DNA from: Syncephalis fuscata S228
Lineage: Eukaryota > Fungi > Zoopagomycota
Direction: 5' to 3'
DNA: 64,000 nucleotides
NCBI GenBank assembly: GCA_025786725.1
Contig: JAHLTZ010000014.1
Coordinates: 124,001 to 188,000 of the forward strand
The notes beneath the pieces were generated by a model that saw only the letters and a program-made list of their open reading frames with translations, had not been told where the DNA came from and ran no database searches. Both the position numbers and the translations under genes were made by a program. Shown piece by piece: positions 13,124 to 27,224 of this stretch (within the stretch, counting starts at the first letter, position 1; each line of letters starts with the position of its first letter).

Positions 13124-14306
13124 AGTAGTCAGTAATACACGTAGATAGATGTGAAGGAATAGTTAGTTATAAAGATGTCAATCAGTGTCGTGTATAGAGA
13201 AGATACAGTCAATGAACAATCAACCACCACCTTTCAACGACGTAGAAAGAATACAACCAACAGTCAAGATGTGGTGTGTTCTGTTCAGTAGTAGTAGTAG
13301 TAGTAGTTGGAAGAAGAAAAGTTGAAAGAAAAGACAGATAGATGTAGAAAGAGAAACAGTGGATGACGTATAGATCAGTAATAACAATTCTATGTAATCA
13401 CCGCTATAATACTAATAACAACAATAATTGTAATAACAATAAATGATTGACTATAATTACTATTCCATGTCCCATATATTACATATTATTTAATTTTTAC
13501 ATTTATTAATAGATAACATTTTTATCTAATTACTAGTAACCGATTAACAATGGTAGAGTATCAATTGAAACTATAAAGTACTCTTTTCTCAAACAACGGA
13601 TAAATGGCCTCTACCGATTTTATTGTTTTAACTGTATCAGGTCATCGTGCCATCCTTGTAAATTAAACAGCAATGCTTTGTAGATCTATTTTGATATCAT
13701 TATTTTTCAATAAATACAATTCAATTCCTTAACCACTAACCATCCTTGATACTATCATTTATACTAATAATTACTATTATGAAAATAATATTATTGATGT
13801 ATATCAATATTAATATTAATATATTTGTCGATATAGATGAATAGGGATGGGTGGCTTGTGTGTGTGTGTGTGCCTGTTCTTTAATCCCCGCCACTATTTT
13901 ACACTTGGCCTTGTCCCTCCTCTCCTCATACACGCACACACACACACTCATCTTTTACGATTAACCATTTCTATAAAAGATTGTCTGTGGTGGTCATAGT
14001 GTGATATGATTGTGGTTATGCCTTTTTACCGTAAGTAGTAGTAGTTATCGTTGTTATTCACATTACTTTACTGCTTTGTGCACGCGTTCGCCCTTCTATT
14101 CTACATCGACTTTATTCCTTCACTCACTCTCACTCTCACTCTCTCTTTTACTCATTTACTCTTACTCTCTCCTCATTCACACTGACTCCCCTGTAGTACA
14201 TTATTGCTTACTACTATTACTACTTACTTGCCATTCTTCTACTGCCACATCATCTTATTTAAAGTGCGTTCTACGCCATCATTATTACTGTTGTCGTTGC
14301 TGTCTT

Positions 14307-14380
14307 CTATCTATCTATCTATCTATCTATCTATTCTATCTATTCTATCTATTCTATCTATTCTATTCTATCTATTCTAT
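14307..14380. repeat. (CTAT)/(CTATT) compound microsatellite upstream of the kelch gene
   Basis: ctatctatct...attctatctattct array read directly. Confidence 0.9.
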
Positions 14381-15245
14381 TGAACTATTTCCGTTTTAAC
14401 GGCCTCTTTTCGTCTTCTACGAGTGCCATCGTTTTTTAGTTTTCATCGGCTGGCCGGTAAGTATTATATCAATGAGATAGGGCGATTAGAGAGCAAATAC
14501 TTAAATAGCCATGCTATAAGCCATGCATTCATAATCGATGGTATCTATGTTATAATATAACCAGCCAATCAATTAATACTATCGCGGTGTTATCATGGTT
14601 ATGGTATTTGCTATTATAACAATGGGCAAGTGTACAGCATATTAAACTTGTACTGCGTGATAGTATCATGTTATGGTGTTGGCCTTGTACAGTACAGTAC
14701 AGTACAGTAAAATATTCATCCTGTATAACAGAAATACAAACAATAGTACAGATGGTTAAAATAAGCACTTTTACCAAACAAAAAGTACAACCTCGACATT
14801 TGGTTATTCAGTTTGTACTGCCTATTGTAACAGATATAAACACAAGTGTTTCATAAATATTAATATTAACTATTAAATTTTATATTACACTATTCTAGTT
14901 GACCGCCTGGCAATTGTTGGGCGTAATCGCCGTTGCTATTTTCTAAATCGTATACTACTTACTTTATTTGCGCATTTTTGCCCCTCATAGGGAAATAGTT
15001 AGTTAGTTAGTTAAAAGAAGAACAGAACAGGACATACACCATATATATCGCCAAGGTGATATTATAGCAGAGATTATAGCAACTACTACCAGTCGCAATA
15101 ATAGCAGCATTGACTACAGCCTTTCTTGTTAATCATTGCCTTCATTTAGTATTGATTATCATTACCATAAAAGTATAGCGAACATCGTTTTTATTGAATA
15201 TTTTTGAATATTATTACATTGTCGATCATCGACCACAGTTAGTAT

Positions 15246-18200
15246 GTGAAGATTAAAAATAAGAAGAAGGAAAAGGAGCGCAAGGAGCAACAGCGCGAAC
15301 AATGGGAACGTGAACGGCAACAAGAGCGTGAACAACGCGAAAGAGAACAGCAATTATTACGTGATGCTGTTGTACGTACCACAAGTCCACCCGTACAATC
15401 ACCACCCGGTAATGTGGTTCGATCTATGAGTCCACCTACACTTGCTGGTGGATCTACAGGACCGGTGCCATCTATTTCAGCTGCCATAGCATCTACAGGC
15501 GGTCCATCACCACCACCACCAGGCAGTGGACGTCCTTCACCGGCCAATTTGAATGGCCCACCCGCACCACCACAGCCTACAGGCTCACCTTCCAGAGGTG
15601 GACCTGCACTTAGTTCACCGGGGGTAGCACCAGGTAGCAGTCCACGTGGCCGTCCACCTTCTTACCCCTGGTCAGTCCGTCAATTACAGCAATTAACGCC
15701 ATTTCCCCGGTGTGACTATGCACTATGTAGTGTAGGACCGCAAGAGATGTGTCTATTTGGCGGTCTATGCAAAGAAGGTCCACAGAATGATGTCTATCTC
15801 GTGGATACACAGTCACTTATTGTCACGCCTGTTCAAGTGAGCGGTGATATACCTATGCCACGTGATGGACATACAGCAGTATGCTCCAATCATTGGGTCG
15901 TCGTATTTGGTGGCGAGTCTGATGATGGCAAATGTGAAGACAGTCTATATGCACTTAATTTGGAAACACGTCGATGGTTACGTGTTAATGTACAAGGCAA
16001 CATTCCACTACGTAGACGTGATCACACAGCAGTGATGGCCAATGGTGTGATGTTTATATTTGGTGGCCAATCCGATGGCTATTTCTTTAATGATTTGATG
16101 GCATTTGATACACGCACATTGACGGCACCGACACCTCGATGGGAATTCTATGAACCAGCGAATGATGGTCCTTCAGGTAGAGCGGGTCATTCAACGACTG
16201 TCTATCAGGATCGATTATATGTGTTTGGTGGTACTGATGGTGAAACGTTTTTTAATGAAATGTGGTGTTATGATCTACATACTTGTGAATGGGAATTACT
16301 AAATGTGACTGGCCACACACCACCTGGTAGAGCAGGACATGCCGCGGCACTCGTAGATGATTGTATTTATGTCACAGGTGGCAAGAGTGCATCGGGTAAA
16401 AATCTAAGTGATGTGGTAGCCTTCCGTATTAGAAGTAAGTAGTCTATATAGTATTTGTGGGATGAATTAACTAATTGTACTGATTAGCTATGAGATGGTA
16501 TACATTTCAACGTATGGGACCGGCCCCTACATCAAGATCGGGTCACTCCATGTGTGTATTTGGATCCCGTGTATTTGTACTAAGTGGAGAAGCACGCGAA
16601 GGAGAAGATCCATCAGCCATCCATGTACTTGAAGCAGGTAAATAACAATAATATATTAGAATATAACGGGTTATTAATACATTTATTATTATAGGCAAAA
16701 TTCGTTATCCAAATGCTCCTGCTTTACAGCCACGGCCCTCTAATGGTGCGGAGGGTATTCGACAATATCCAACTAAACCATCACAAATAACATCTGGTAA
16801 TATCAATCCTATTCATCAAGAAGTTACATCTCCATCAGGTGGCTATACTCCAACTACTCCTCCACCTAATCATCAACGTCGACTATCTACAGACCATCAA
16901 CAGTCAACGCCACCACCACCACCACACATTATGTCACCGCCTATACGTCAAGGTATATCACCTCAACCATCACCTCAATCACAAGCAAGTGCTTCTCAAC
17001 GATGGCCAGGTGTATCTGGTGGACCACAGCCACCCACTTCAGCATCTTCAACATCTGCCAATCAGCCAGGTAACAATAACAGTGGTGGACATCGTTATAT
17101 GGATTCACATGGATCCACATCAGTCCACACTAATCCCAACTCATCTATGCTGGGTGGAGCAAATAACAATGATTTACAAGATCCAGTCATGTTACGATCA
17201 CGACAAGATACATTTGGACATGAGGCTGAATTATCTGATGTATTACGTAATGTCAATGATTCTAATAGATCCGATACAGTGGAGAGACGTGATTCACAAG
17301 GACAGACCGATTATCATAATGGTAATCAACAACAACAACAATATAATAATCACCAACCATCTCCACCTCATAGTGGTCAACATACACCGGGTATGAATTC
17401 ATCTCGATCCTACGAACGACATGATACATCGATACATCAATCAGATACAGAAATGAACGTAGATACAATGAATGATAGATCAGATTATAATAATTATAAC
17501 CAACATAATATCAATAATAATACCAATAATAATAGTACACGTTATAATCGACAAAGAGCAGATTCACAAAGCTCTATTACTAAAGGTCATGTTACTACGA
17601 TGGATAGTGTTCATTCTGTACCTTCTACGCCACATGAACCACAGCCACCTTCATCATCCTCATCCTCTACACATCGACGACCTGCACCATCTTCATTAGG
17701 ATCTAATCAAGATCGATGGAATGATCAACAACAACAACATACTAGTAATACAGATGTGCAGGATGATGTGGATAGATATCAACAACAACAACGTAATAAC
17801 AAACCATCTCCTCGTCAACCAAATCCACCTTATTCTATAGGTAGTAACAGTAGTAACAGTAATAGTAATCATGGTCAATACCAACGAACCTCACCTAGTC
17901 ATGAAAGAACAGGTTCACAATCAGCACGTCATATCGATTTAGATACTGGATTAGAATTACCCGAACCTATTCCACGTATTGAATTGGATCATGTAGAGAA
18001 CTATGATCAATATGATCAAGGATCTGTAATGGATGGTAGTGAATTAAGTGAAGAGGACCATGATGATGAACAGGACCAACGAGCTGTTCATAGTAATAAT
18101 GATGGACAACATAGGTCTTATTATGATGATACATTGGATCCAGAGACACCGACATCTGCTTCATTACGTTCACCAGTCAGCCCTAGTTATCGTAAACGGG

Positions 18201-20075
18201 AAAGCATACTCTCTCATCGTAAAGAGAAGCGTACCTCTCGTATTGGTATGAATCAAGGTGGCACAACAAATCCCTATAGCCAACAACATAATAATGGTAG
18301 CAGTGGCGCTATTGGTGGAGGCAAGATGGCTCGACGTCGATCTAAACGACTATCAACGCATCGTCAGTCAACAGGTCCTTCATTAACGATGATTGTTGAT
18401 AAATTACGCACAAAGAGACAAGAAATTGAATCAAGATATCAGCAAGATTCACCGGATGATACAAATCGGGATCATGGATTTAATCAACGTTTATTGCACT
18501 ATAGAAGTGATAGTAATGGCAATAATAGAAGCCATGACGATGGATTACGGGCACCGGTTGATTGGCCAGTGGTTCATTGGCTGGTTTAATTGCTACTGAT
18601 GAGATTCCTGTATTGCCAGCATTTGCTACTGAATTGGAAGCAGATTCAAACTTTCAAGCCGAACTGGGCCCATCCGATGGGGCACGTCACACCCTTTATC
18701 GTAGTTTTGTGCAATTAGCCAAAGAGCTACAACAAGCAAAGGTAGGTTAAAAAGTTGTTGTTGTGTTAATAGATGATGGATAATTAACGAAATGTTGTAG
18801 ACGGCAGTGGCGGAAAGTGCTAGAGAGGCTGCAGAAAGAGTGCGAGAGGCGGAAAAGGTTAAACAGAGTGCTTTACACGAGACGGCCTACTTGAAAGCAA
18901 AGATGGTAGCGCTATCGAATGGATCGACTCAAGAGCTAAATCGTTTGGGCGAGGAAAGAGCAGCAGATTTGGATAGAAAATTGACAGCTGCTCTGGCCGA
19001 TAATGATCGTCTAAGGACAGAGTTGCTAGAACGTGATCGAGTAGCACCACGGGATGCTGAATTGCGTCGACGGGCCACTGAGTCAGCCGAGGAAGCGGCC
19101 AATCGCATTCGGGAACTTGAACGACTACACGCCGAAGCCCGTGATCAAGCAACTAAAGCACGTGAAGAGCTGGCTCAAGCTACGGCGGCCTCGCGTGATG
19201 CCGTTACTCGTTCACTAGCGGCTGATCATGCAACGGCCAGTAAAGATACGCAGTTGGAAGAGCTAGAACGACAGCTGGAACAACATCGACGAGCAGCCGA
19301 TGCAGCAGCTCAAGCAGTCCGTTCAGCCAATGCCCGTGCTGATGAATCGGAAAGTTTATGGCAACAAACGGAAGAGCGGACCTCTCGCCTTGAATTAGAA
19401 TTAGACGAGGTGCGAGGCGAGTTACAATCAAAGACGGCCGAGCTTGAGCGACAACGTAAACGTACCGAGGACATGGAACGTATGTGGCAGTCAGCACGTA
19501 ATCAAATAACCGAACTTAAATCAGTTCGCGATATGTTTGGCGATATTTCATCTATTAAATCAACACCACCATCAAGCTCGCGTGACATGAACAACACTAC
19601 AAGCCATGGCGAAGGTGGAAATGATGGCCATTTGGAGCAGCAATTAAGATCACAAGAAGCTAATATTGAGCAGCTGAACGATGCTATTCGACGAGCTGAA
19701 GAGACGCGTCAAGACACCGAACGACGAGCAGTACAAGCGGAAAAACTGTACGCTAAAGCACAATCGGAATTGGCCGCATTCCGTCGTCGATCCGTCTTCC
19801 GCCACGACCAACAAGCGAACATGTCAGCCGAGTTGGCAGCGTTTGAATCGCGTATACGCGCAAAACAATCCGAATGCGACGAGGCACAAGCGAGAGCATC
19901 AGCGCTACTCGCTCTTATGAATGACTCGCCACCGCGTGGTATGGATGCCGATACACATGCCTTAGTCGATCGACTTATTCACCTGGAGCGTGAACGTGAA
20001 CAATACGAATCGTCGATGAGTAGCCTACGGGCTGATCTATCGCGATTGCAACATGAACGTACCGGTTTTATTTAG
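15246..20075 (+). CDS. Kelch-repeat cell-polarity protein, Kel1/Tea1-like (kelch propeller, long N/Q/S/H-rich linker, C-terminal coiled coil); start codon uncertain; frameshift near 18560
   Basis: Kelch repeats (PRDGHTAV..VVFGG, RRDHTAV..FIFGG, GRAGHSTT..YVFGG). Introns at ~16435-16487, 16638-16694 and 18742-18800. Coiled coil includes AL.ETAYLKAK and LDRKLTAAL. Confidence 0.85.
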
Positions 20076-20244
20076 AGATATATTCATTTCTTATGTTTTA
20101 ATAAGAGTTTTTATTAGTTTTATTATTAATGTCGTTATCAATGTTGTTTATTAATTTTTGTTTATTAATTTTGTTATTTCTCCTTTTATAACTATTTATT
20201 ACTTACATCTCTAATAATAATACCACGTGCTACATCCATTAGCT

Positions 20245-22790
20245 ATGTCTTTGTCTAACCATAGCAATAATAATAATGATAGTCGTCATGGCTGTAATGG
20301 CAGTGGCCATGGGCACGGTGTATTGAAACGACCACTTCGCGTTACTTTTAGTACAGCCGACGAACTGGTTAGACTCGTTCAGACTGTAGTTTATGACAAA
20401 GGAAAGCCGCTAGTTGTTAATATGCGCGAATCTTGTTTAGCACGGTCAGGAGTGTTCTCATTAGATTGGTTAGAACGCCAATATGGCACTAAAAGTAAGT
20501 ATTATTAGATAGATATTAACATTAACTAATTTATAATTATAGATATTGAATTATATAATATAAATACGCAAGAAACCTTACAAGACTGGTCAATAGCGCG
20601 ATTTATTACATATTTACGAGAACAGTCCTTATCTTCATTGCAGCCGTCTTTACCAACTATTTATGCTAAAGATATGCGATGTCCACTAGAATGGAAACGA
20701 CAATTAAACGCATTGTTACCTAGTCATTTAACTTATTTAGGGCCTAATGATTTAATGAGTAAGTTAATTAAACTATTAATAAAGTATTAATCAATATTAT
20801 TATAGGTCATATGCCTAAAGAATATAGAGTACAGAATTTAATGTGCTATCTTGGAGGAGAAAAGACATTGTAAGAATGACTTAAATAACTGGTGATTTAG
20901 TTATTAATAAACTATTACTAATATTGTTATAATTACTATATAGTACAGCGGGTCATGTTGATCTGTGTGGAAGTATTGGTCATAATATTATGATGAATTC
21001 TGAACCAGGTATTCTGATAGTGTAAATAAATGTATAAATGTATTAATGCTAATTACTTGATATATATAAATATATATCTATCTATAAATAATAGGTGCTA
21101 AAGCCTTGTGGTTTATTGCTAGTCGTGCTGATAAAGATAAAGCTTCACAATTCTGGCAATTACATTCAAATAATAAGCACTCATTGGATTTAGACGACTA
21201 TTTTATGCCAATTGATGTTTTAAAAACAGCACCATTTCCTATTTATGTTATCGAGCAGCGTATAGGTGATTTAATAGTGGTAGGTAGAAACAAATAGATT
21301 CAATAGTACAATAACCACATAGCATATTAGTTACCTTCAGATGCTGCTCATCAAGTAATCAATCAGGTAATAAAGGTTAGCTATTGTATTCATTATTATT
21401 TATAAGCTTTTAGGGGGATGGTCAATTAAAGTAGCATGGAATCGAACAACAACTGAATCACTTGAATATAGTATTAATCATGCATTGCCATTGTATAAAA
21501 AGTACGTATTATTATATAGCTATATAATATTGTATTTAATTATTATTATTATTATTATTGATATTTAGATTATTGAAACCTGAAGTGTATCGATCAAAAA
21601 CTATGGTTGAATATGCATTACGGGCATCAATTAAAGGTTTAAAAGAGATGAATGAACATAGTAGAAAAGATTTAAATAAGAATAGGATAGAATATCAATT
21701 GAAAGAACATTTAATACTATTGAATCTGTTACGTCGACAATTAGCACAAGAATGGTTTGAATTGAGTGAAGTAAAGATAGATATGCCAATTACACGATCT
21801 GTTGAACTAGAAAGATTACGTAAATGTGATTTCTGTCAAGCTGATATATGGAATCGATGGTTTCATTGTAAATCATGTAGCGTCGATACTGTATCCACTA
21901 CGACAAATCATCATGATTATGACCGACCATTAATGGACACTGAAGATGGCTATGATTTATGTATAACATGCTATTCTCTAGGAAGAAGCTGCCATGATCC
22001 AAAACATTTACAACTTTGGGAATATCAATGGCCAATGACTTTTATTCAATTATATCAATGGGGTATTGATATTTATAATGATTGTATTGCACAACAGTCA
22101 TTGCCATTAGCCTTATTACCAAGTTTTAATCCAACTCGGTAAGTAGTTATTAATAAATGGATAAATTAATAGTATTTATTAATAATAATAATGGTAATAG
22201 TGATTTACATGGATTACAACGATCACCTATGAGTGTAGCCTACCAGATTTATGGTCATATTAGAGATCAAGTATGTAGTATGGATCAGTATAGAGTACTT
22301 AATCAATATCTAATAGATTGTATAGAGATTCGGTGGGAAATGTGAACGTTGTAACCGTAAATCTAATTATACACTTGTTTGTAAACGACATGGAACCATT
22401 TGTGCTCAATGTCTTTGGCGTCAATATCATGAACATTTTTTTATACTTTTATATGAACGCCAAAATACATGTCCCAATTGTAGAAAAATAATGATAAATA
22501 ATAAGTCTAGAAAGATATCACGACTTATTCGTTATAGCTTGCCAGAAGAGAATCCAGTTCATCAACTTAGTATGATTGATCAAGAGCAATGGTTATCACC
22601 ATTAGTAAGTCGCCGTATTTAGTAGTAAATATTGAAGTGCATTTTATTTATTGTAGTATAAATAGCCATCGCCTAAACATGAACAAACTGATACCGTTCT
22701 AGCTGAAGATTGGCCACCACTTGAAATATGGAAGAATACTTCAGTAAGTTATGATAACAATTAACTAGAAACGATTACTGATATTTAATA

Positions 22791-22822
<32 letters not shown>

Positions 22823-23451
22823 CTATCTAATAGTTAAGTAGTGCATTGACCTGTCTCTCTGATGAACAAGGCATGCATTTTTGTGCCTTTTTAGTACAAT
22901 ATCACTTTGAACAAACATTAACCATGCTTATTGATCGAATTGAACTACGTGAATGTAATTATAAGCATCTATTTCTATGGCATAGTTATCTATCTCAGTT
23001 ACCATCTTCTACGGCCCAGTCATTTGCCCGTATACTATCCAATGAAGCGTGTACACTTTACGGTAAAACTGATATGTCCCAAGCCAGTAAAGATGCATTA
23101 ATAACTCATAGTGTAAGCAATACTAGTACTACTAATACTTAATCGATAGAAATAGACTAATAAATGTAGATGACATCGAGATTACCGATTAATGACAGAG
23201 AGAAGCAACACTTGGCCGTCTTTCTTATTATACATCACTTTAGAAAGAGTATTGCCGCTTATCCAAATACACTAATAACGCATCCACCCACATTTAAAGA
23301 TATATTTTATTGGCATGGCATACTGGCCAGTTCAACCTTTAGTTACATTGAACAACTACGTGTAGTATTTGAACACGAAGCCCAATTGATTATGAAACAT
23401 ACGCCCTCTCTACCACTATATACAAATGATATGATTGATCCTATAGAATAA
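20245..23451 (+). CDS. JmjC-domain protein (putative histone demethylase) with Cys-rich zinc fingers; many exons
   Basis: IYAKDMRCP.EW, NLMCYLGGE, TAGHVDLCGSIGHNIM (HxD), ALWFI, EQRIGDLIVVPS.AAHQVIN and KVAWNR. Zinc-finger-like CDFCQADIWNRWFHC..C and YDLCITCYSLGRSC. Confidence 0.85.
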
Positions 23452-23473
23452 CCATAGGCTATCCTCTACTATC

Positions 23474-23951
23474 ATTTAAAAGACTATAGATAGTTATAAT
23501 AGGGAGACATGACGTATTACCATGTACTTGTTTGTTCATGACATACGCGATTATAGCGCTGTTTCGTTCTGCCGACGTCTCTATATAGTAATAAATATTA
23601 GTAAATTATCTAAAACCATCACTACTATATGATATACTTACGGTCAAAGGTAATCGGGTCACTATCCCCGCAGCTACTTTGAGGCAATGATGTTCTATTA
23701 CTGTTTAGCGAGGCTTTTCGCTGACGCTCTTCATGTCCTTCCTTGCTATGGTTCTTGTCTATATTCGTATGGGTATCACTAGGATTGGACCGCTCGCTAG
23801 TTGGAGAGGTAGAAGCGCGCGGTAATGGTCGACCATTCCATAGTATTTCACATCGTACATGTCGTGCACCACCAGCTGTTGTTATTGTCTCTTTACAACG
23901 AAGAGACTCGGTTGGTGCATCATCTTTGTCACCACAATAAACATTTTCCAT
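23474..23951 (-). CDS. Small hypothetical protein, probably 2 exons
   Basis: 108-aa ATG ORF with a GTAAGT donor near 23641 and a plausible second exon. No family recognised; 3' end approximate. Confidence 0.35.
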
Positions 23952-24190
23952 ATTGATATCAAGAATGGTTACACTTCAATTGTCAATTAATCAAAAGTAG
24001 TTAATAAAAGCAGTAAAATGGTACTGGATAATGGTATGTTTAACAACAATTTAGTCTGAAACCCTTAGTAGTAAGTATTTCTTATCAAACTCAAACCAAA
24101 ATCACATGGGTTTAAACATGTTTGACTTTAACTTTTCAGATGTATTAATAAACTATATTTACCCACACCATTATGATTTGATAATAACAC

Positions 24191-24221
<31 letters not shown>

Positions 24222-24237
24222 TGGCATGTTTGAATGA

Positions 24238-25005
24238 TCAAGATGTGGCAAACTCCGTCCAAGGTCTTTCACTCCGTTCTGTATCTTCAAGCGAATCTTG
24301 CTGGCTAATGGCGCGTAGAACTGCCTTTTTACTCGATTCTTGTAATTCACCTGTTACTAGCAATTCTTCTAGAACAAAATATGCCTAATACAAAGGGTAA
24401 TAGGAATAAGTAACATGCAATTCAATAGTAGTAAATACTTACTTTTTGGAAATTAAAGATCAGATCAAGTTCACAAACCTATTCATATAACATTAATAAA
24501 TATAATGGAGTGATGATAATAGATGACTACTAACATTGCCGAAATAACGATCAAGTATCTCAACATAGCGATGTACAATTTCTAGCGTAATAAGCTCGTT
24601 ATCATCTTGATCAATACCGGCCATAAAGAATAAACTAGCATAGCTATAATATACACACACATATATATATATGAATACATAAATATCATTAATGACATTG
24701 CTATAACTTACCGTCTATAAACAACCTTTGTATCTATAGCCATAACTATTAGAACCGTCTCTATTTAGTCTCATTCTAAATTGGCACCTACCTTTATACT
24801 CGATTATATTGCACATTTTCGGTTTACGTGCCAGTACAAGTTGAGTGACATCTTTAGTAATCTTGTTGCGATCCCGTGGTGATAGTGTTTGATACCATTT
24901 GGACAGACGCACTTTGCCCTGTTTACTTACAAGTAAAACAAAGTTAATCTAGTAACATACTATTTAGTATATACATCATGTGGCTCAGCCACTACTTACA
25001 GCCAT
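24238..25005 (-). CDS. APS1: AP-1 adaptor complex sigma subunit
   Basis: [75 protein letters not shown] and [19 protein letters not shown] and YASL are sigma-1 type. The 3' end is approximate. Confidence 0.92.
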
Positions 25006-25158
25006 AGTATAAGGTGTTTAAATGTTAAAGTGATGGTTGGAGGAAAGTGAAGAAGCAGCATGAGAGTCTACGTGGCATTCTGTCGCTTGTCTTTAACCAA
25101 CTGCCTTCATATCAATACGCCCTCTATTGTCTACACTCGTACCATTAATTACATTCAA

Positions 25159-27131
25159 ATGTTCTCACAGGTATTTATTCTCAATGAAGAGGGAACACCT
25201 TTACTACGCAAAGACTGTAAGTATATCGTCTACTGACTGGGTAATATACTAAGCAATAGCCATTGGTATATTGTTTGTCTCTATAACTTATTAGACCGTT
25301 ATGATACACCGTCCGATACACTTTTCCTACTAACTGACCGGTTACTCGAAAAGCTGGATACACCGCCGGTCTATCTTATTGATGACTTGTATATTGTTCA
25401 TATTCTATATGGTGAACTGTATATTGGAGGCTGTTCTCTTAATAAACCCTCGACTACTGAGGCCCTTGAAACGTTAACTCGACTGGGGCAACTTATTGTT
25501 GGTGTGTGTGGTGCACCAGAAGAAGCACTAATACGCAAACACGATACACTAGTCTATGAGTTACTCGATGAAGCACTGGTAAGAACATATCTATAATAAT
25601 ATAATCATACAATAATACAATAATACAATAATACAATAATACAATATTAATAGACTGATGGATATCCTACACGAATGACATTATCTGCTTTATCACAACA
25701 ATTAACTACAAATCATACAAAGCCTTTATTAAAATCACCATCACAACAAGGTGTTATGTCAAAATTATCACATTTTCTTACGGTAATACTATTTAATGTA
25801 AATAACTTATGAACTAATCTAATTTATTTAATCAATTAATAGGAGGATAAACACCAACAAGCACCACCAGCTACATCAAGATCAGCACTGGCCACAACAA
25901 CTGAACAATTTGAAGATGAAACATTGTATTTAGATATTATTGAACGAATCCATTGTATATTTGATGAAGATGCAAGTACTCTACTCATTATGTATTTATA
26001 GTGTTAACATTAATAATAATTACAGGGAGAGGTTATTAGATCAGTAGTGGACGGTGTTATTAAAACAAAGTGTTTTCTTGGTGGTAGATCTTTATTAAAG
26101 ATACAATTATCACCTAGATTATGTATTAATAATGCATCGGGCCAACCATTAAGTAGTTTATAATAACAACTAATATCGATTATTACTAACTGTCTTGATA
26201 GATTTGAACAAGAGTATAGATGCAGGTGTGGTACAGTTACGTGATTGTCGTCTACATGATAGCGTGGACCGTTCAGGTAAGAATATAATAATAAGCAACA
26301 ATGATATACTCAATAGCCAGTAATTAGCATTTGAAGAAGATCAAGTACTTAGTTTATATGCACCAGCCGGTGAACTAGTTATAGCCAGGTAAATAGTATT
26401 TGTATTAAATGTATATTAAATAGACTAATAACACCATTAATACTAGTTATCAAATAACTGATGATTTTATTGCACCCTTTCAAATTATTCCTATACTTGA
26501 GACATCCATGGAGGATCCACGTCGTATAACCATTCGTATACGTATTCGAGCTGATTTTACTTCAGAACGTACAGCAACTCAATGTACCATGACTATTCCA
26601 TTACCACGAGCAGTCACTAGGTAATTAGATTATATATAAATATGTATTTGTGTATATTGACATTTGATTATTAGTGCTTCTTCACAACTTGATGCTCTAT
26701 CTGAATTAACACGGAATATTATATTTGATCGAGAACAATCAAGACTTGTATGGCGTATGAACAATATACATGGTAGTACGGAAAGAACACTTACAACATC
26801 GGTAATGAACACTTTAAGGATTAAATATCTATTGCCATCGTTGTTAGTAACTAACAATTAACACATGTTATTTGTAGGCACTACTTGATCAACCGTGGAA
26901 AGAAGCTTTTCATAGTGAACTTAAAGCTATTCGGTAATGAAGAATAAGGATGATAGATTATTATTTTACTTATTACTATTGGCTATTAGATTGGATTTTG
27001 AAATTGCTAATTATACTTGTTCTACTATGGCGGTTACTCGTTTACGTATTCTTAATCAAGCAAATAGTACACCACCTCAACGATGGATACGCTATACAAC
27101 AACAACAGAAACATATCATCGTCGCTGGTAA
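25159..27131 (+). CDS. AP4M1: Adaptor complex mu subunit, most similar to AP-4 mu (divergent; many exons)
   Basis: MFSQVFIL, VYELLDE..DGYP, LYLDIIER, VDGVIKTKCFLGG, LRDCRLHDSV, FEEDQVLSLYAPAGEL, RIRADF, IPLPRAVTS, LDFEIANYTCS and PQRWIRY. The SQ.FIL start, K.FL.G, LPRxVxS and TCS motifs are mu-4-like. Confidence 0.72.
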
Positions 27132-27224
27132 TCGTCTGTTCATACTGAATATATCCACTATATCCACTATATCCATTATAACTATTATAGCTATTATAGC
27201 TATTCTTATTAGTATTACAATAAT

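Noticed and set aside
15239-19920. Antisense and alternate-frame ORFs over the kelch gene
   Set aside because: Shadows of a low-complexity or coiled-coil coding sequence.
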